A DNA stretch of 64,000 nt. It comes from a virus. Position 1 is the stretch's first letter, and each line of letters begins with the position of its first letter. Below are positions 1 to 9,177 of this stretch, piece after piece. Below the pieces are notes generated by a model that was not told the origin of the DNA, made no database searches, and saw only the letters and a list, made by a program, of their open reading frames with translations. A program made the translations under genes and the position numbers. Where the stretch lies: IMG/VR virus record IMGVR_UViG_3300005748_000015, positions 1 to 64,000 of that record, one strand, 5' to 3'.

Positions 1-513
1 GTAAAAAATATATATGTAAAAATTACACAGTGAGCTTGCAATAAAAAAATATTCTGTTATATGAGACAAGACAAACATTTTTTATTTAACAGCCTTATAT
101 AACAGAAAAAAAATATAATGCAATGGAGAGTGTAAAATTTACAGGGGTAAAAGAAAAAATCGTGTCAAGAAAAATCGACAGAAAAAATGCCATCGTGAAA
201 ATATTACACACTAAAACATGAAATTGTCTAAAATATTGACAGCTCAGATTGCCCTCAGAACGCTTTAAAAAAGTTTTAAAGGTCATTGTAAGCGTAAAAA
301 TAAAATGCTTCAGAACAAAGATTTGAAGCTCTCAGGACTATGAAGATAATTTATTTAGGGTATTTTGCTATGGAGAAATTTCACACCACGAAAAACATTT
401 CTTGACACGCTCTTTTTTGGAGAGTCAAGAAAAAAATGAAAAAAATGATCTTTTTTAACCAAGACAAGAAAAAACTATGTAAATATTACCGATTGTAAAA
501 TTTACTCTTTTTG

Positions 514-542
514 TTGCGTTGAACGGATTTTTTTAGTAGAAT
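514..542 (+). promoter_or_regulatory. sigma70-type promoter for ORF 574
   Basis: TTGCGT-17-TAGAAT upstream of RBS GAAGGA. Confidence 0.55.
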
Positions 543-573
543 TTATGGGTAACATTCACTTGAAGGATTTTTT

Positions 574-954
574 ATGGCTATTGCAAAAAAATTGAAAAAC
601 AAAAAAATGAACGATGCAACTTTTGAACTTAGAAAGCAAGTAATGAAAATTTTATACGATATCAAAAAAGTTGTTGACCTACCACGCATCACAGTAAGAA
701 TAACGGAAAACAAAGGCAATACGCTAGGACTTGCTAGGATGGGCGAAAATGCAATATGGATACCCGAAAGGATGTTTACAGGTAACGATAAACTTTATTT
801 ATACGAGGTTATTTGTCATGAGCTAGTTCATGCGGTTTTGAATATTGGGCATGATGAAAGATGTCCCTTGATGCGTTCCCATATTGGTCAAAGGGCGTTG
901 ACAAGGGATCAATGCAATTTTATTTTAAAAACATATTGGAATAAAACAAGGTAA
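574..954 (+). CDS. Small zincin/metzincin-like metallopeptidase
   Basis: HELVHAVLNIGH (HExxHxxxxxH) followed by CPLM Met-turn-like motif; RBS present. Confidence 0.7.
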   Translation: MAIAKKLKNKKMNDATFELRKQVMKILYDIKKVVDLPRITVRITENKGNTLGLARMGENAIWIPERMFTGNDKLYLYEVICHELVHAVLNIGHDERCPLMRSHIGQRALTRDQCNFILKTYWNKTR

Positions 955-960
955 AAATTA

Positions 961-984
961 CAGGGTATATTTTAATATGCCCTG
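961..984 (+). terminator. Hairpin after ORF 574
   Basis: CAGGGTATATT / AATATGCCCTG inverted repeat; no clear U tract. Confidence 0.45.
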
Positions 985-1029
985 ACTTGCATTAGAATAC
1001 TAGAGAGACATTAACACAGGAGATTTTTT

Positions 1030-1227
1030 ATGAGAATTTATTTGTACACACCAATTTTTAAAGAGGGCGTAGAACTAGACGGGCAACTTGTTTACGGAAA
1101 AAACGAAAAGGAAGGTCTAATTGAAATGAGAAAATTTTTCGATGATGATGAACTAGAGGGCGTTGAGGTCTTAGGTTGGACTACTGAGGACGACCCTGAC
1201 TATCAAGACTATATCGAACTCAGTTAA
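1030..1227 (+). CDS. Small acidic hypothetical protein
   Basis: AGGAGA RBS, 65 aa, D/E-rich, followed by terminator. Confidence 0.75.
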   Translation: MRIYLYTPIFKEGVELDGQLVYGKNEKEGLIEMRKFFDDDELEGVEVLGWTTEDDPDYQDYIELS

Positions 1228-1240
1228 ACAAAAAAGATTT

Positions 1241-1268
1241 AGGGGCATGATGCCCCTTTTTCCTTTTT
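1241..1268 (+). terminator. Rho-independent terminator
   Basis: AGGGGCA-TGA-TGCCCCT followed by T tract. Confidence 0.8.
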
Positions 1269-1420
1269 CCTAACTTATATAACACAAAAAAAATACATTG
1301 GAATAGCTATGGTAAAATTTACACACTATATATTTTTTACATACCATATTGCAATACTTGCAAAAATCATTATAATGATTGTATAAGCAATTAAGCTTAT
1401 GCACATTCAGGAGATTTTTT

Positions 1421-1714
1421 ATGACTAAAACACAATTCAGAAGCCTTTACTCAGAGTACCGCAAAGCACAATTTAACTTTGAATCATATATGAGTGAAAG
1501 AAATTTCCCATGTGGTCACGATGATATGTTATACGAGCGTTTCGAGGCATCTACTCAAGAGTGGCTTGAAAAGCACCCTGAACTAAAAAATATCATAGAT
1601 GGAATTTATGACTGGGATTTTTTACAAGAAAGGGCACAAAGTTTTAATGCTTTTGGTTCACGTCCCAAAAGTTTAAAAATTGAGCTGCGCAGGAAATATC
1701 CTAAAATAGCTTAA
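1421..1714 (+). CDS. Hypothetical protein
   Basis: GGAGA RBS before ATG 1421; promoter TTGCAA-16-TATAAT upstream; terminator downstream. Confidence 0.75.
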   Translation: MTKTQFRSLYSEYRKAQFNFESYMSERNFPCGHDDMLYERFEASTQEWLEKHPELKNIIDGIYDWDFLQERAQSFNAFGSRPKSLKIELRRKYPKIA

Positions 1715-1723
1715 CTTGTCAAT

Positions 1724-1756
1724 GCCCTATGTAATTATTACATGGGGCTTTTTTTT
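1724..1756 (+). terminator. Rho-independent terminator containing a TGTAA-N3-TTACA copy
   Basis: GCCCTATGTAA-TTA-TTACATGGGGC then T8. Confidence 0.8.
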
Positions 1757-2265
1757 GCATAAAATCAAAACCATATATTTTTTACATACCATATTGCAAT
1801 ACATTTTTTATCTGTTATATACACACCATAAAATAAAAACTATTTATAAATCAATCACCATATATTTCATAAAATAAAAACTATATGTTTTTTGCACCAC
1901 TTACAGCACCCTTTTCTATATAGGGAACTGACAGCCTCTCACAGCCTCTCACAGCCGCCGCACCGATGCCCTACCCTACCCATTGCCCTACCGCTTGGAA
2001 CGTCTTAGACGCTAAATATGGACATGGTTTTCTACAGCCTTTACTGATGGGGCTTCACAGCGTTGCACCCTATAACCTAGTGAAATCACGACAAGGTTTT
2101 TTACAGGTGTGTAAGTTTTACACTGGGTATTGACAGGGGGGAGAGTCAAGCACAAAGAACGCACCGTGTAACTTTTACAGGGCTAGGGCTAGGGCATATA
2201 ACAGATAAGTTTTAAAAATCAAGTAAGGTTTATAAAATTTACATAGGGATAGGTCTTTTTCAAAG

Positions 2266-2282
2266 TTGGCACACCCCTTGCA
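2266..2282 (+). promoter_or_regulatory. sigma54 (RpoN) -24/-12 element
   Basis: TTGGCACACCCCTTGCA, GG-N10-GC, close match to consensus TGGCAC-N5-TTGCW. Confidence 0.65.
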
Positions 2283-2288
2283 TACACA

Positions 2289-2305
2289 TGCAAATCTGAT
2301 GCCAA
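2289..2305 (-). promoter_or_regulatory. sigma54 (RpoN) -24/-12 element, opposite orientation
   Basis: Reverse strand reads TTGGCATCAGATTTGCA, GG-N10-GC. Confidence 0.6.
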
Positions 2306-2317
2306 AACCGGGGTTTA

Positions 2318-2517
2318 GGGACTCCTAAATTTTTTTTAGATAACTATACCCGAAATATCCTGAGCCTCATTTTTCGTTTTTGCAAAAACAACTTCCTAAT
2401 TTCAAAAACTTAGGTACCATATTTAGGTACCATACGGGTCCCTTTTTTATTTTAGGTACCATATTTCACCGGAGTCCCACCATAGGAGTCCCTACGACTA
2501 GGTACCATAGGAGTCCC
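2318..2517. repeat. Cluster of short repeats TAGGTACCATA x4 and GGAGTCCC x3 (plus one inverted)
   Basis: TAGGTACCATA at 2411, 2424, 2453, 2499; GGAGTCCC at 2471, 2485, 2510; GGGACTCC at 2318. Confidence 0.85.
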
Positions 2518-2538
2518 GTTCCAGTAGCTTCCAGCACA

Positions 2539-2769
2539 CTACTGCAAGTGCCTGGTATCAATCTCAACGGTAGGCAATCCGACACGCCTCTTTCGCCAGG
2601 CCCAGTAAACGTGAGACAAAACATGCCGCAGCATCCCACGCCTAAAAATGTGTTTAAGGTGAGACTTCACATGCTTTCCATGGTCTTCAAATATCAATAC
2701 CTTGGCTTCACGAGGATCGCAATTTTCAGCTCTTATCAATAATTCACTATCACTAATCATATTCTCCAT
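2539..2769 (-). CDS. Hypothetical protein
   Basis: AAGGGG RBS; last gene of the - strand run. Confidence 0.5.
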   Translation of the reverse strand: MENMISDSELLIRAENCDPREAKVLIFEDHGKHVKSHLKHIFRRGMLRHVLSHVYWAWRKRRVGLPTVEIDTRHLQ

Positions 2770-2830
2770 TTGGCCCCCTTAATAAGTTTCATCCAGCTCT
2801 TCCTCCCAAGCTCTAAAAGACACACACCTA

Positions 2831-3238
2831 TCACCAGTTAGTCTGAGCACCCTTTTCTTTTCCATAGAGTCTGCAACCCCAATACGTCATGCGTTCCTTG
2901 TCAAAGTGCTTGCTATAATGTTTGTTGCTTTTCATAAGCGACACACACGCATCTTCAAAGCTTTTTCCCCAAGCTGTGCCTAAAAAAGTATCCCTAGTCC
3001 ATTTGCCTTCAGTTTCGTTTGCACAGTAGCCTTCTGACCATATCTCGTACTCAGTCAGTCCAGCCTGTGCCTGTGCTGACAATTTTTTCTTATATATTAA
3101 TTGTGTCTCCATAACAGTTTGTGCAACATAACGCAGCATTTCAGCTTGCTGCTTAGTAAGCTTGCCATTAGTCATGCCACGAACTATCTCTGAAGCTATA
3201 TGTTTAATTTCTTTTTTTAACTGCTTATCATTTGTCAT
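2831..3238 (-). CDS. Hypothetical phage protein
   Basis: Start at ATG 3238 overlapping upstream stop; C-terminal EIWSEGY...SFEDAC...YWGCRLY segment looks like a real domain. Confidence 0.7.
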   Translation of the reverse strand: MTNDKQLKKEIKHIASEIVRGMTNGKLTKQQAEMLRYVAQTVMETQLIYKKKLSAQAQAGLTEYEIWSEGYCANETEGKWTRDTFLGTAWGKSFEDACVSLMKSNKHYSKHFDKERMTYWGCRLYGKEKGAQTNW

Positions 3239-3429
3239 AAACTCACCTTTGAACTCAACAGGCAAGCTATGGGGGTTACAGGAACGAGAACCTCTGCCAC
3301 ATAAAACTTGCCGCAATCAATTTGTGTACCATTTTCTGAAATGTTGCCCAAAGCCGTTAGAACTCCGAACACAAAACATATACTCAAATAAATAGTTAGA
3401 CCAAATAAAATTGATTTACATAATTCCAT
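3235..3429 (-). CDS. Small membrane protein
   Basis: N-terminal hydrophobic helix, GAGGG RBS. Confidence 0.6.
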   Translation of the reverse strand: MELCKSILFGLTIYLSICFVFGVLTALGNISENGTQIDCGKFYVAEVLVPVTPIACLLSSKVSL

Positions 3430-3482
3430 ATACTTACCCTCAAAATTTTCAAAAAAATCGCCCAGCGATGTGAGAGACTTTT

Positions 3483-3761
3483 TTATATATTTAACTCTTC
3501 TCCATACTTCTTTTTATATAAATATTTATAAATTCTTTTGCTTTCAAAAGTAAATGAGATAAATCCAATATCTAAAAAAATTAGAGGAAAATCGCCATCA
3601 GGTGTATAGGGATTTGTTTTTAATATATCTATATCAAATTGCATTCTTTTATATATAGAAAATAAAACTCCAAACAGTTGAAAACTAAACAAAGGAATTA
3701 TTGAAAAATCTATTGTTTCTTTATTTATTTCTTCTCTAAGTATTTCATCGATATTTTTCAT
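3483..3761 (-). CDS. Hypothetical protein
   Basis: GGAG RBS, operon packing. Confidence 0.6.
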   Translation of the reverse strand: MKNIDEILREEINKETIDFSIIPLFSFQLFGVLFSIYKRMQFDIDILKTNPYTPDGDFPLIFLDIGFISFTFESKRIYKYLYKKKYGEELNI

Positions 3762-3763
3762 TT

Positions 3764-4153
3764 TTAATTCTCCTTCAAAAATTTTTTTATTGCTTTGTGT
3801 ATATCCCGTGCATGTTGTCTGCTGCTATAGCTGTAATGCATTGAATTTACTTTGTTAAGTTCTTTTTCTATCACGTCTAAAATATCTGCGCTGTCAGAGT
3901 TTTCAGGCATGTATACAGTCATTCCATCTCCTTCAACAATAGTCAGGGAGACAGGAAGCTCTTTTTTATTGAAGTGTTCGTATATAAGTCTGTCATATTC
4001 GTTTTTAAAAGGAGTCCCGGTTCCACTTTTACCAGCTACTGTCATCAATTTCATCTCAGGAGACACGTCAGGAGTTCCTTTTTGTTCTACAGTAGAATGT
4101 TTTTTGCAAAGTTTTTCGTAATCATCTAATGGTAAATATATAATTGCACTCAT
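3764..4153 (-). CDS. Hypothetical protein
   Basis: GGAGGG RBS before ATG 4153. Confidence 0.65.
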   Translation of the reverse strand: MSAIIYLPLDDYEKLCKKHSTVEQKGTPDVSPEMKLMTVAGKSGTGTPFKNEYDRLIYEHFNKKELPVSLTIVEGDGMTVYMPENSDSADILDVIEKELNKVNSMHYSYSSRQHARDIHKAIKKFLKEN

Positions 4154-4169
4154 TATGCCCTCCAAGACA

Positions 4170-4376
4170 TTATAAAACAGATTTTTCCATTTCTAGTTCA
4201 GCTTTTATGTGTATTTCGTTATAATCCTTGTTTGTGTAGTATGCAACGTCCAAAACCTTTAAAAAATACATTTTTGAAGCAATATCATCCTCATATATTA
4301 TCTTTTCACCATTTCTTGGCACAACTGCTGTCTGATAATCAAAAAAACCCTCATCATACTCTACATAAACTCTCAT
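4170..4376 (-). CDS. Hypothetical protein
   Basis: AAGGA RBS before ATG 4376. Confidence 0.6.
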   Translation of the reverse strand: MRVYVEYDEGFFDYQTAVVPRNGEKIIYEDDIASKMYFLKVLDVAYYTNKDYNEIHIKAELEMEKSVL

Positions 4377-4772
4377 TTGTCGTCCTTTTCGCATTTTTTA
4401 ATATTATTTACACGCTTTAGAGCGTCTTTCCACCATTTATCTAGCTTTTTTTAGCTTTAAACACCTCAGAAGCATAAGTTACACCATTTTCTTCTCTTAA
4501 ATCGTGCAAATTCTTGTCAGAATGCCTATTTAGCTCTTGAAATCGCTTATTTTTGTCTTTTTTTCTGCTCATTTTCTTTTTCTAACCTATAAACTCTAAC
4601 TTTTAGCCTTAAAATTGCCTGTAAAAGCATTAATTGTGTAATACAAAGTATGGAAACTACTAAAATTACGTGATTTTCGACCATTTTTACTCCCAAAAAC
4701 AGCATTTATTGATAATATTCTACCACAAAATATACATAAAAAAAGAAAAAGTTCGCTTTTCCTTTTGCTCTG

Positions 4773-4797
4773 AATCTTTAAATTAAGTGATATTATA
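4773..4797 (+). promoter_or_regulatory. Putative late promoter AATCTTTAAA(-N-TGATATTATA)
   Basis: Same 10-mer precedes structural blocks at 4773, 13783, 16310, 19041, 30559. Confidence 0.7.
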
Positions 4798-4814
4798 TTG
4801 ATAGAGGAAAATAT

Positions 4815-7325
4815 ATGGCTGATAATAACAATAACATTCAAGTTGGAGTTAATTTAGACTCTACTCAGCTTGAAAAAGAATTTAAACAGTTACAGTCAAA
4901 ACTGAAAAACATGAGAGGAATCTCTCCAGGCTTAACTGATTCTCCTAGAGATATGCAAATGAAACAGGCTTTTCAAAGGTCTGAAAGTATGCATAGGGAA
5001 AAATTAGTTAAAATATACGAAAAACAAGACAAAATAATAAACGATTTGTTAAAAAAAGAAAAAGAATTAAGTAAAGAACTTGATGGTAAAATAAAAAGTC
5101 AAGAAAAATTAAACAAATTACAACAAGACTATATAGATAACACTAACAAACTAGCTCAAGTAAAACAAAGCCAGCAAACAATCAGTAAATCAATGTGTCC
5201 TATAGGAACTAGGTATGATCCCACAACAGGCCAGTGTGTACCAGACGATGGTGGCGGTGGCGGTGGCGGTGGCCCTGGAGGGCCACCACCTAAAGGCCCA
5301 GGTTATAAAGGTAAACTTATTAATCCTAAATTATTCGGTATTCCTGGTGCTGTAATTGGTGCTGCTGGTTCTATGATAGGTTATGGAACTAGTATAGCTG
5401 CCCAAGAAATGACCAAAGAGGGAAGGCTCGCAGGAGCTAGGGCTGGTATTGCTGGTGCTGTAGGTGAAGCTGCAACTTTACAACAACAAAGACGTGGTTA
5501 CGAAATGGATTTTTTTGCTCAAGAAAGAGCAGATGCAGCAAAAGCTTCTATGAAAAAAATGGAAGCTATGAGATTAGAAGATAAAGGTAGTATTTTAAAA
5601 CAAACGCTGGTAGGTGCTGGTGCTGGTGCTGCTACAGGTGCTGTTTACGGAGCTAAACTCGGAGGTGCTGCTGGCTCTGTCGTTCCAGCGGCAGGGACAG
5701 TAGCTGGTATGCTTTTAGGCGGTACAGGTGGTGGTGTTTTGGGCGGCATAGGTGGTGGTGTTTTAGGCTTTGCAAATGCCATGAGAGATGAAAGAAAAAG
5801 GTCTATGCTTTTTGACCCAGAAGCCTATAAACAATTTGTAGGTGCTGGTGGTGCTGAAGAGTATAAAAAGACATTGGAAAGTTATAAAACTCAAAACTTT
5901 TCAAAAATAAAAGCACAAGAATATTTTGAAAGAAATAAAGAAAATATGATAAAAATGCAACGTGCATTTGGCCTTAGTGACGAAGAACTTTTTGGTGGTG
6001 AAGAATCCTTATATAAAAGAGCAGCAAGAGCTGGTTTTACAGAAAATGAAATCAATAGATCAGCTATGGGAATTCAACAAGCTGGTGGTACAACTAAAGC
6101 TGGTAAAGAAGGTGCAGTTTTTGCTGCACAAATGGAAAGAGGTTTAGACCTTACAAATGCCGCCTCTTTAATTGGTAAAATTTCTAGTAGAACAGGAATG
6201 GGTGGAGCCGAATCTAAAGACGAAGTAATTAGAATGTATGCCGAGGCCACTAGGATTGGTCTTGATGAATCTGAAGTTAGAGGTCTATTAGAGACATCTA
6301 CTCAAATGGCATTGCAAAGTGGTATATCAGCAGATGAAATTCAGCAAGCTTTACAATCTGGTTTGGTTGTACAATCACAAAAAGGTATTCAAGCTGCACA
6401 ATCGGCTTTTCAAAGAATCAAAGGAAAAACAGGTCAAATGGGCGGTATTAGAGGTCAATTGGCTATGGCAGAATTTGGCTCTAAAGAAATGACCAATTTA
6501 TTACAAGAAGCTGGTGGAGAAGGTACTAAAGGATTTAGTTTTAAAGAAATAGGGTATATAACATCTCAAAGTGTCGATAAAATATCTGCTGATAATGATG
6601 CAATATCTGGTATGTTGTTGGAAAGAGGTATTGATCCTAACTCAGAACAAGGCAAAAAAATAATTGCCGAAATGAGAAAAAGATCAATGAGGTCTACAAT
6701 CAAAAACAAAGGAAGAGAAAAAGCTTTAGAAAATTATAGAAAAGCTCAAGCTGCTGTGAAAAATGCTTCGAGTCCAGAGGCAAAAGCTGAAGCTGAAAAG
6801 AAATTAAAAATTGCATATTCAAAAGCAGCTCAATTTGGCGCAATAGAAGAAGGAGAAGCTTTTGGTGGGCAAGGCACAATAGAACAAAAAGCTGAGACAT
6901 CTATGACAGCTGAAGGTTTAGCTACTGGTATGGTTGGTGGAAAAGCCGCAGATACAGAAGCTGTTAAGAAAAAAATGGAGAAAGATACTGGAAGAGCTTA
7001 TGATCAAAATTTAAATAGAGCTTCTAGAGATTTTCAAGCTGAACTTAAAAGACTTACAAAACAACTAGAAGAAGATGGTGGCGAATTAAGGGCATCATTT
7101 AAAAGAATTAGTAGTTCAAAAGAAATCGATGAATTATTAGCAGCAATGGACAAGTTAGCCGCAGCTGGAGATTTATCAGCTGACGCACAAAAAGCTTACA
7201 ACAAAGCAATCCAAAAAAGACAAAATGCTTTAGATGCTGAAGAATCTAAACGAATAATAGATGACATGAACCCTTTTAGAACAAATTATGTACAATATGG
7301 AGCGTCAAGCGATACAGAGGATTAA
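4815..7325 (+). CDS. Tail tape measure protein
   Basis: 836 aa, helical Ala/Gly/Lys-rich, Gly-zipper hydrophobic segments, directly upstream of hub and spike genes. Confidence 0.75.
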   Translation: MADNNNNIQVGVNLDSTQLEKEFKQLQSKLKNMRGISPGLTDSPRDMQMKQAFQRSESMHREKLVKIYEKQDKIINDLLKKEKELSKELDGKIKSQEKLNKLQQDYIDNTNKLAQVKQSQQTISKSMCPIGTRYDPTTGQCVPDDGGGGGGGGPGGPPPKGPGYKGKLINPKLFGIPGAVIGAAGSMIGYGTSIAAQEMTKEGRLAGARAGIAGAVGEAATLQQQRRGYEMDFFAQERADAAKASMKKMEAMRLEDKGSILKQTLVGAGAGAATGAVYGAKLGGAAGSVVPAAGTVAGMLLGGTGGGVLGGIGGGVLGFANAMRDERKRSMLFDPEAYKQFVGAGGAEEYKKTLESYKTQNFSKIKAQEYFERNKENMIKMQRAFGLSDEELFGGEESLYKRAARAGFTENEINRSAMGIQQAGGTTKAGKEGAVFAAQMERGLDLTNAASLIGKISSRTGMGGAESKDEVIRMYAEATRIGLDESEVRGLLETSTQMALQSGISADEIQQALQSGLVVQSQKGIQAAQSAFQRIKGKTGQMGGIRGQLAMAEFGSKEMTNLLQEAGGEGTKGFSFKEIGYITSQSVDKISADNDAISGMLLERGIDPNSEQGKKIIAEMRKRSMRSTIKNKGREKALENYRKAQAAVKNASSPEAKAEAEKKLKIAYSKAAQFGAIEEGEAFGGQGTIEQKAETSMTAEGLATGMVGGKAADTEAVKKKMEKDTGRAYDQNLNRASRDFQAELKRLTKQLEEDGGELRASFKRISSSKEIDELLAAMDKLAAAGDLSADAQKAYNKAIQKRQNALDAEESKRIIDDMNPFRTNYVQYGASSDTED

Positions 7326-7327
7326 CA

Positions 7328-9169
7328 ATGGCTTACACCTACAATATAGGAAAAAACACAGAAGATTCTCATCAGACATCTCCAGCCTATGTTTTAACTT
7401 TTACTAGATGGTCAAATAGAGATACTTTAAATTACAAAGACGTAGGAGGGCTAAATACTAGAAATCCATTAGTTGTAGTTAACGATGCAATTGCTATACA
7501 AGTAAGTTCTCAAAAAGATAATCCTCAACACAATTTTTCATGCACTTTAAAACAAGGAGATTTAAATTATTTAACAGCTGTACATCCAGGTGATTACGTT
7601 ATTGTAAACATGGTAAATAATGAACAAAAAGCTATGGAAATAAGATCAAGAGCATTAAAAGGAAAAGCTATTAACAAAATAGATGATGGATTTAAAGGTT
7701 TGTTTAAAATAGCAGATGTTAGAATGCAGCTTGCAACAACATCCGATGGTTTAAAACAATACGCTGTAAGTGTTACAGGTAGGGCTTTTGATGAATTTAA
7801 TAACAACCTATATTTTAATCCTGCATTTAATAATGCTGATAATAACAGTTTTATAGATAACAATTTTGAAAACTGGAGAGATTTGTTATTGTCAAAAGAA
7901 CAAAGCAATGTTCAAAATCTAATTAAAGAAGCTATTAAAAGAACTATTGGATTAGGAGCAAAAGTTTTAGACAAAGATCGCCCAAAACTTAAATTGAACC
8001 AGATACCTGTTTATAAAGTTCCTGGTATAATATCAAATTTATTAAACATGAAAACAGATAAAGACCCTTATATGTCAAAAATTAATCATTATTATTTGGG
8101 ATTATGGAGTTTTACAGGTAAAACAGCAGGAACTGGAGCATCTTTAGAAAAAGGTTTTACAAATTTTTTCGATGAAGATGCGGTTGAAAAAAATAAAAAA
8201 AAGAAAAAAGAAACAGGAGAAGATAAAAATACAAATTGGTATAAAACTAGTATTAAACTTTCTGGCACTAGACAGATAACATTAGAAGATTTTTCAAACA
8301 CAAATGTTTGGAGTATAATAAAAGATTACTCCAACCCACTTATAAATGAAGTTTATACTTGTTTTAGAGTATGTAAAGATGGATATGTTTACCCATCCTT
8401 TGTGGCCAGACAAAAACCTTTTAATACAAGACATTACAAGGAAAACCCATACGCAATAAGCCACACTCAGTTTTTGGACATGCCTAGATGGAAAATATCT
8501 CCAGATATAATTTACAATCTTAGTCTAGGAAGAAGTGATGCTGCAAGAATTAATTTTGTACAAATATTTACAAGAAATTTAGCGGTAAACGATAATTATA
8601 ATCAGGCTACACAAATATCAATGGGAAATTTTGTACAAGATAAAGAGGATATACAAAGAAATGGTAGAAAACCATACATAAAAAGTTGTAACTATGACTA
8701 CCCATTAGATGGAACAGAAGAACCAGAATATTTAGGTAAAAAATATGCTGAATTGGTAGCAGATTGGGTTATGAATGGCCATTTAAAGATGAACGGAAGT
8801 ATTGCGTGTGCTGGTATTGTTGAGCCAATATGTATTGGGGATAATTTAGAGTTTGATAGAGTTGTATATCAAATAGAATCAGTATCCCATAATATGACTA
8901 TAGATGGAAAAGGTGGAAAAAGATTTACTACGAGTGTTAGCTTGTCTATGGGTATTAGTGAAAAATCTACAAAAACAGTTCCAGTATATGCGGAAATGGA
9001 TCACACTGACTCATTTACAAAAAGAAAAGAAGACTATCAAAGAGAAAGGGTGTTACCAGGTTTTTCAGATACTCAAGATTTACCAAGCAGGGAGAAAGGT
9101 GAAGAGGTTAAAGAAACTAGACAGGCAACATTTACAAATCCAGACAATACAGATAAAGGTAAAAAATAG
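7328..9169 (+). CDS. Baseplate hub-like protein
   Basis: Position between TMP and spike; C-terminal GSIACAG..ICIGDNL..YQIESVSH..FTTSVSL pattern typical of gp27/gpD-like hubs. Confidence 0.65.
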   Translation: MAYTYNIGKNTEDSHQTSPAYVLTFTRWSNRDTLNYKDVGGLNTRNPLVVVNDAIAIQVSSQKDNPQHNFSCTLKQGDLNYLTAVHPGDYVIVNMVNNEQKAMEIRSRALKGKAINKIDDGFKGLFKIADVRMQLATTSDGLKQYAVSVTGRAFDEFNNNLYFNPAFNNADNNSFIDNNFENWRDLLLSKEQSNVQNLIKEAIKRTIGLGAKVLDKDRPKLKLNQIPVYKVPGIISNLLNMKTDKDPYMSKINHYYLGLWSFTGKTAGTGASLEKGFTNFFDEDAVEKNKKKKKETGEDKNTNWYKTSIKLSGTRQITLEDFSNTNVWSIIKDYSNPLINEVYTCFRVCKDGYVYPSFVARQKPFNTRHYKENPYAISHTQFLDMPRWKISPDIIYNLSLGRSDAARINFVQIFTRNLAVNDNYNQATQISMGNFVQDKEDIQRNGRKPYIKSCNYDYPLDGTEEPEYLGKKYAELVADWVMNGHLKMNGSIACAGIVEPICIGDNLEFDRVVYQIESVSHNMTIDGKGGKRFTTSVSLSMGISEKSTKTVPVYAEMDHTDSFTKRKEDYQRERVLPGFSDTQDLPSREKGEEVKETRQATFTNPDNTDKGKK

Positions 9170-9177
9170 GAGAATTT

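Larger units (their letters stand above)
1328..1802 (+). repeat. Identical 30-bp direct repeat (1328-1357 and 1773-1802) containing a TTGCAA -35 box
   Basis: ATATATTTTTTACATACCATATTGCAATAC twice, flanking ORF 1421; followed by TATAAT (1371) or TGTTATAT (1813). Confidence 0.85.
15..2243. repeat. Dispersed 13-bp palindrome TGTAA-N3-TTACA, about 10 copies
   Basis: Perfect copies at 15, 131, 1730, 2110, 2167; single-mismatch copies at 196, 478, 494, 950, 1311, 2231. Confidence 0.85.

Noticed and set aside
2411-2517. Possible mini-CRISPR array
   Set aside because: Repeats of 8-13 bp with irregular spacing; no cas genes
2380-2742. 120-aa + strand ORF across the repeat cluster
   Set aside because: TTG start without RBS, translates the DNA repeats, and overlaps a better - strand gene
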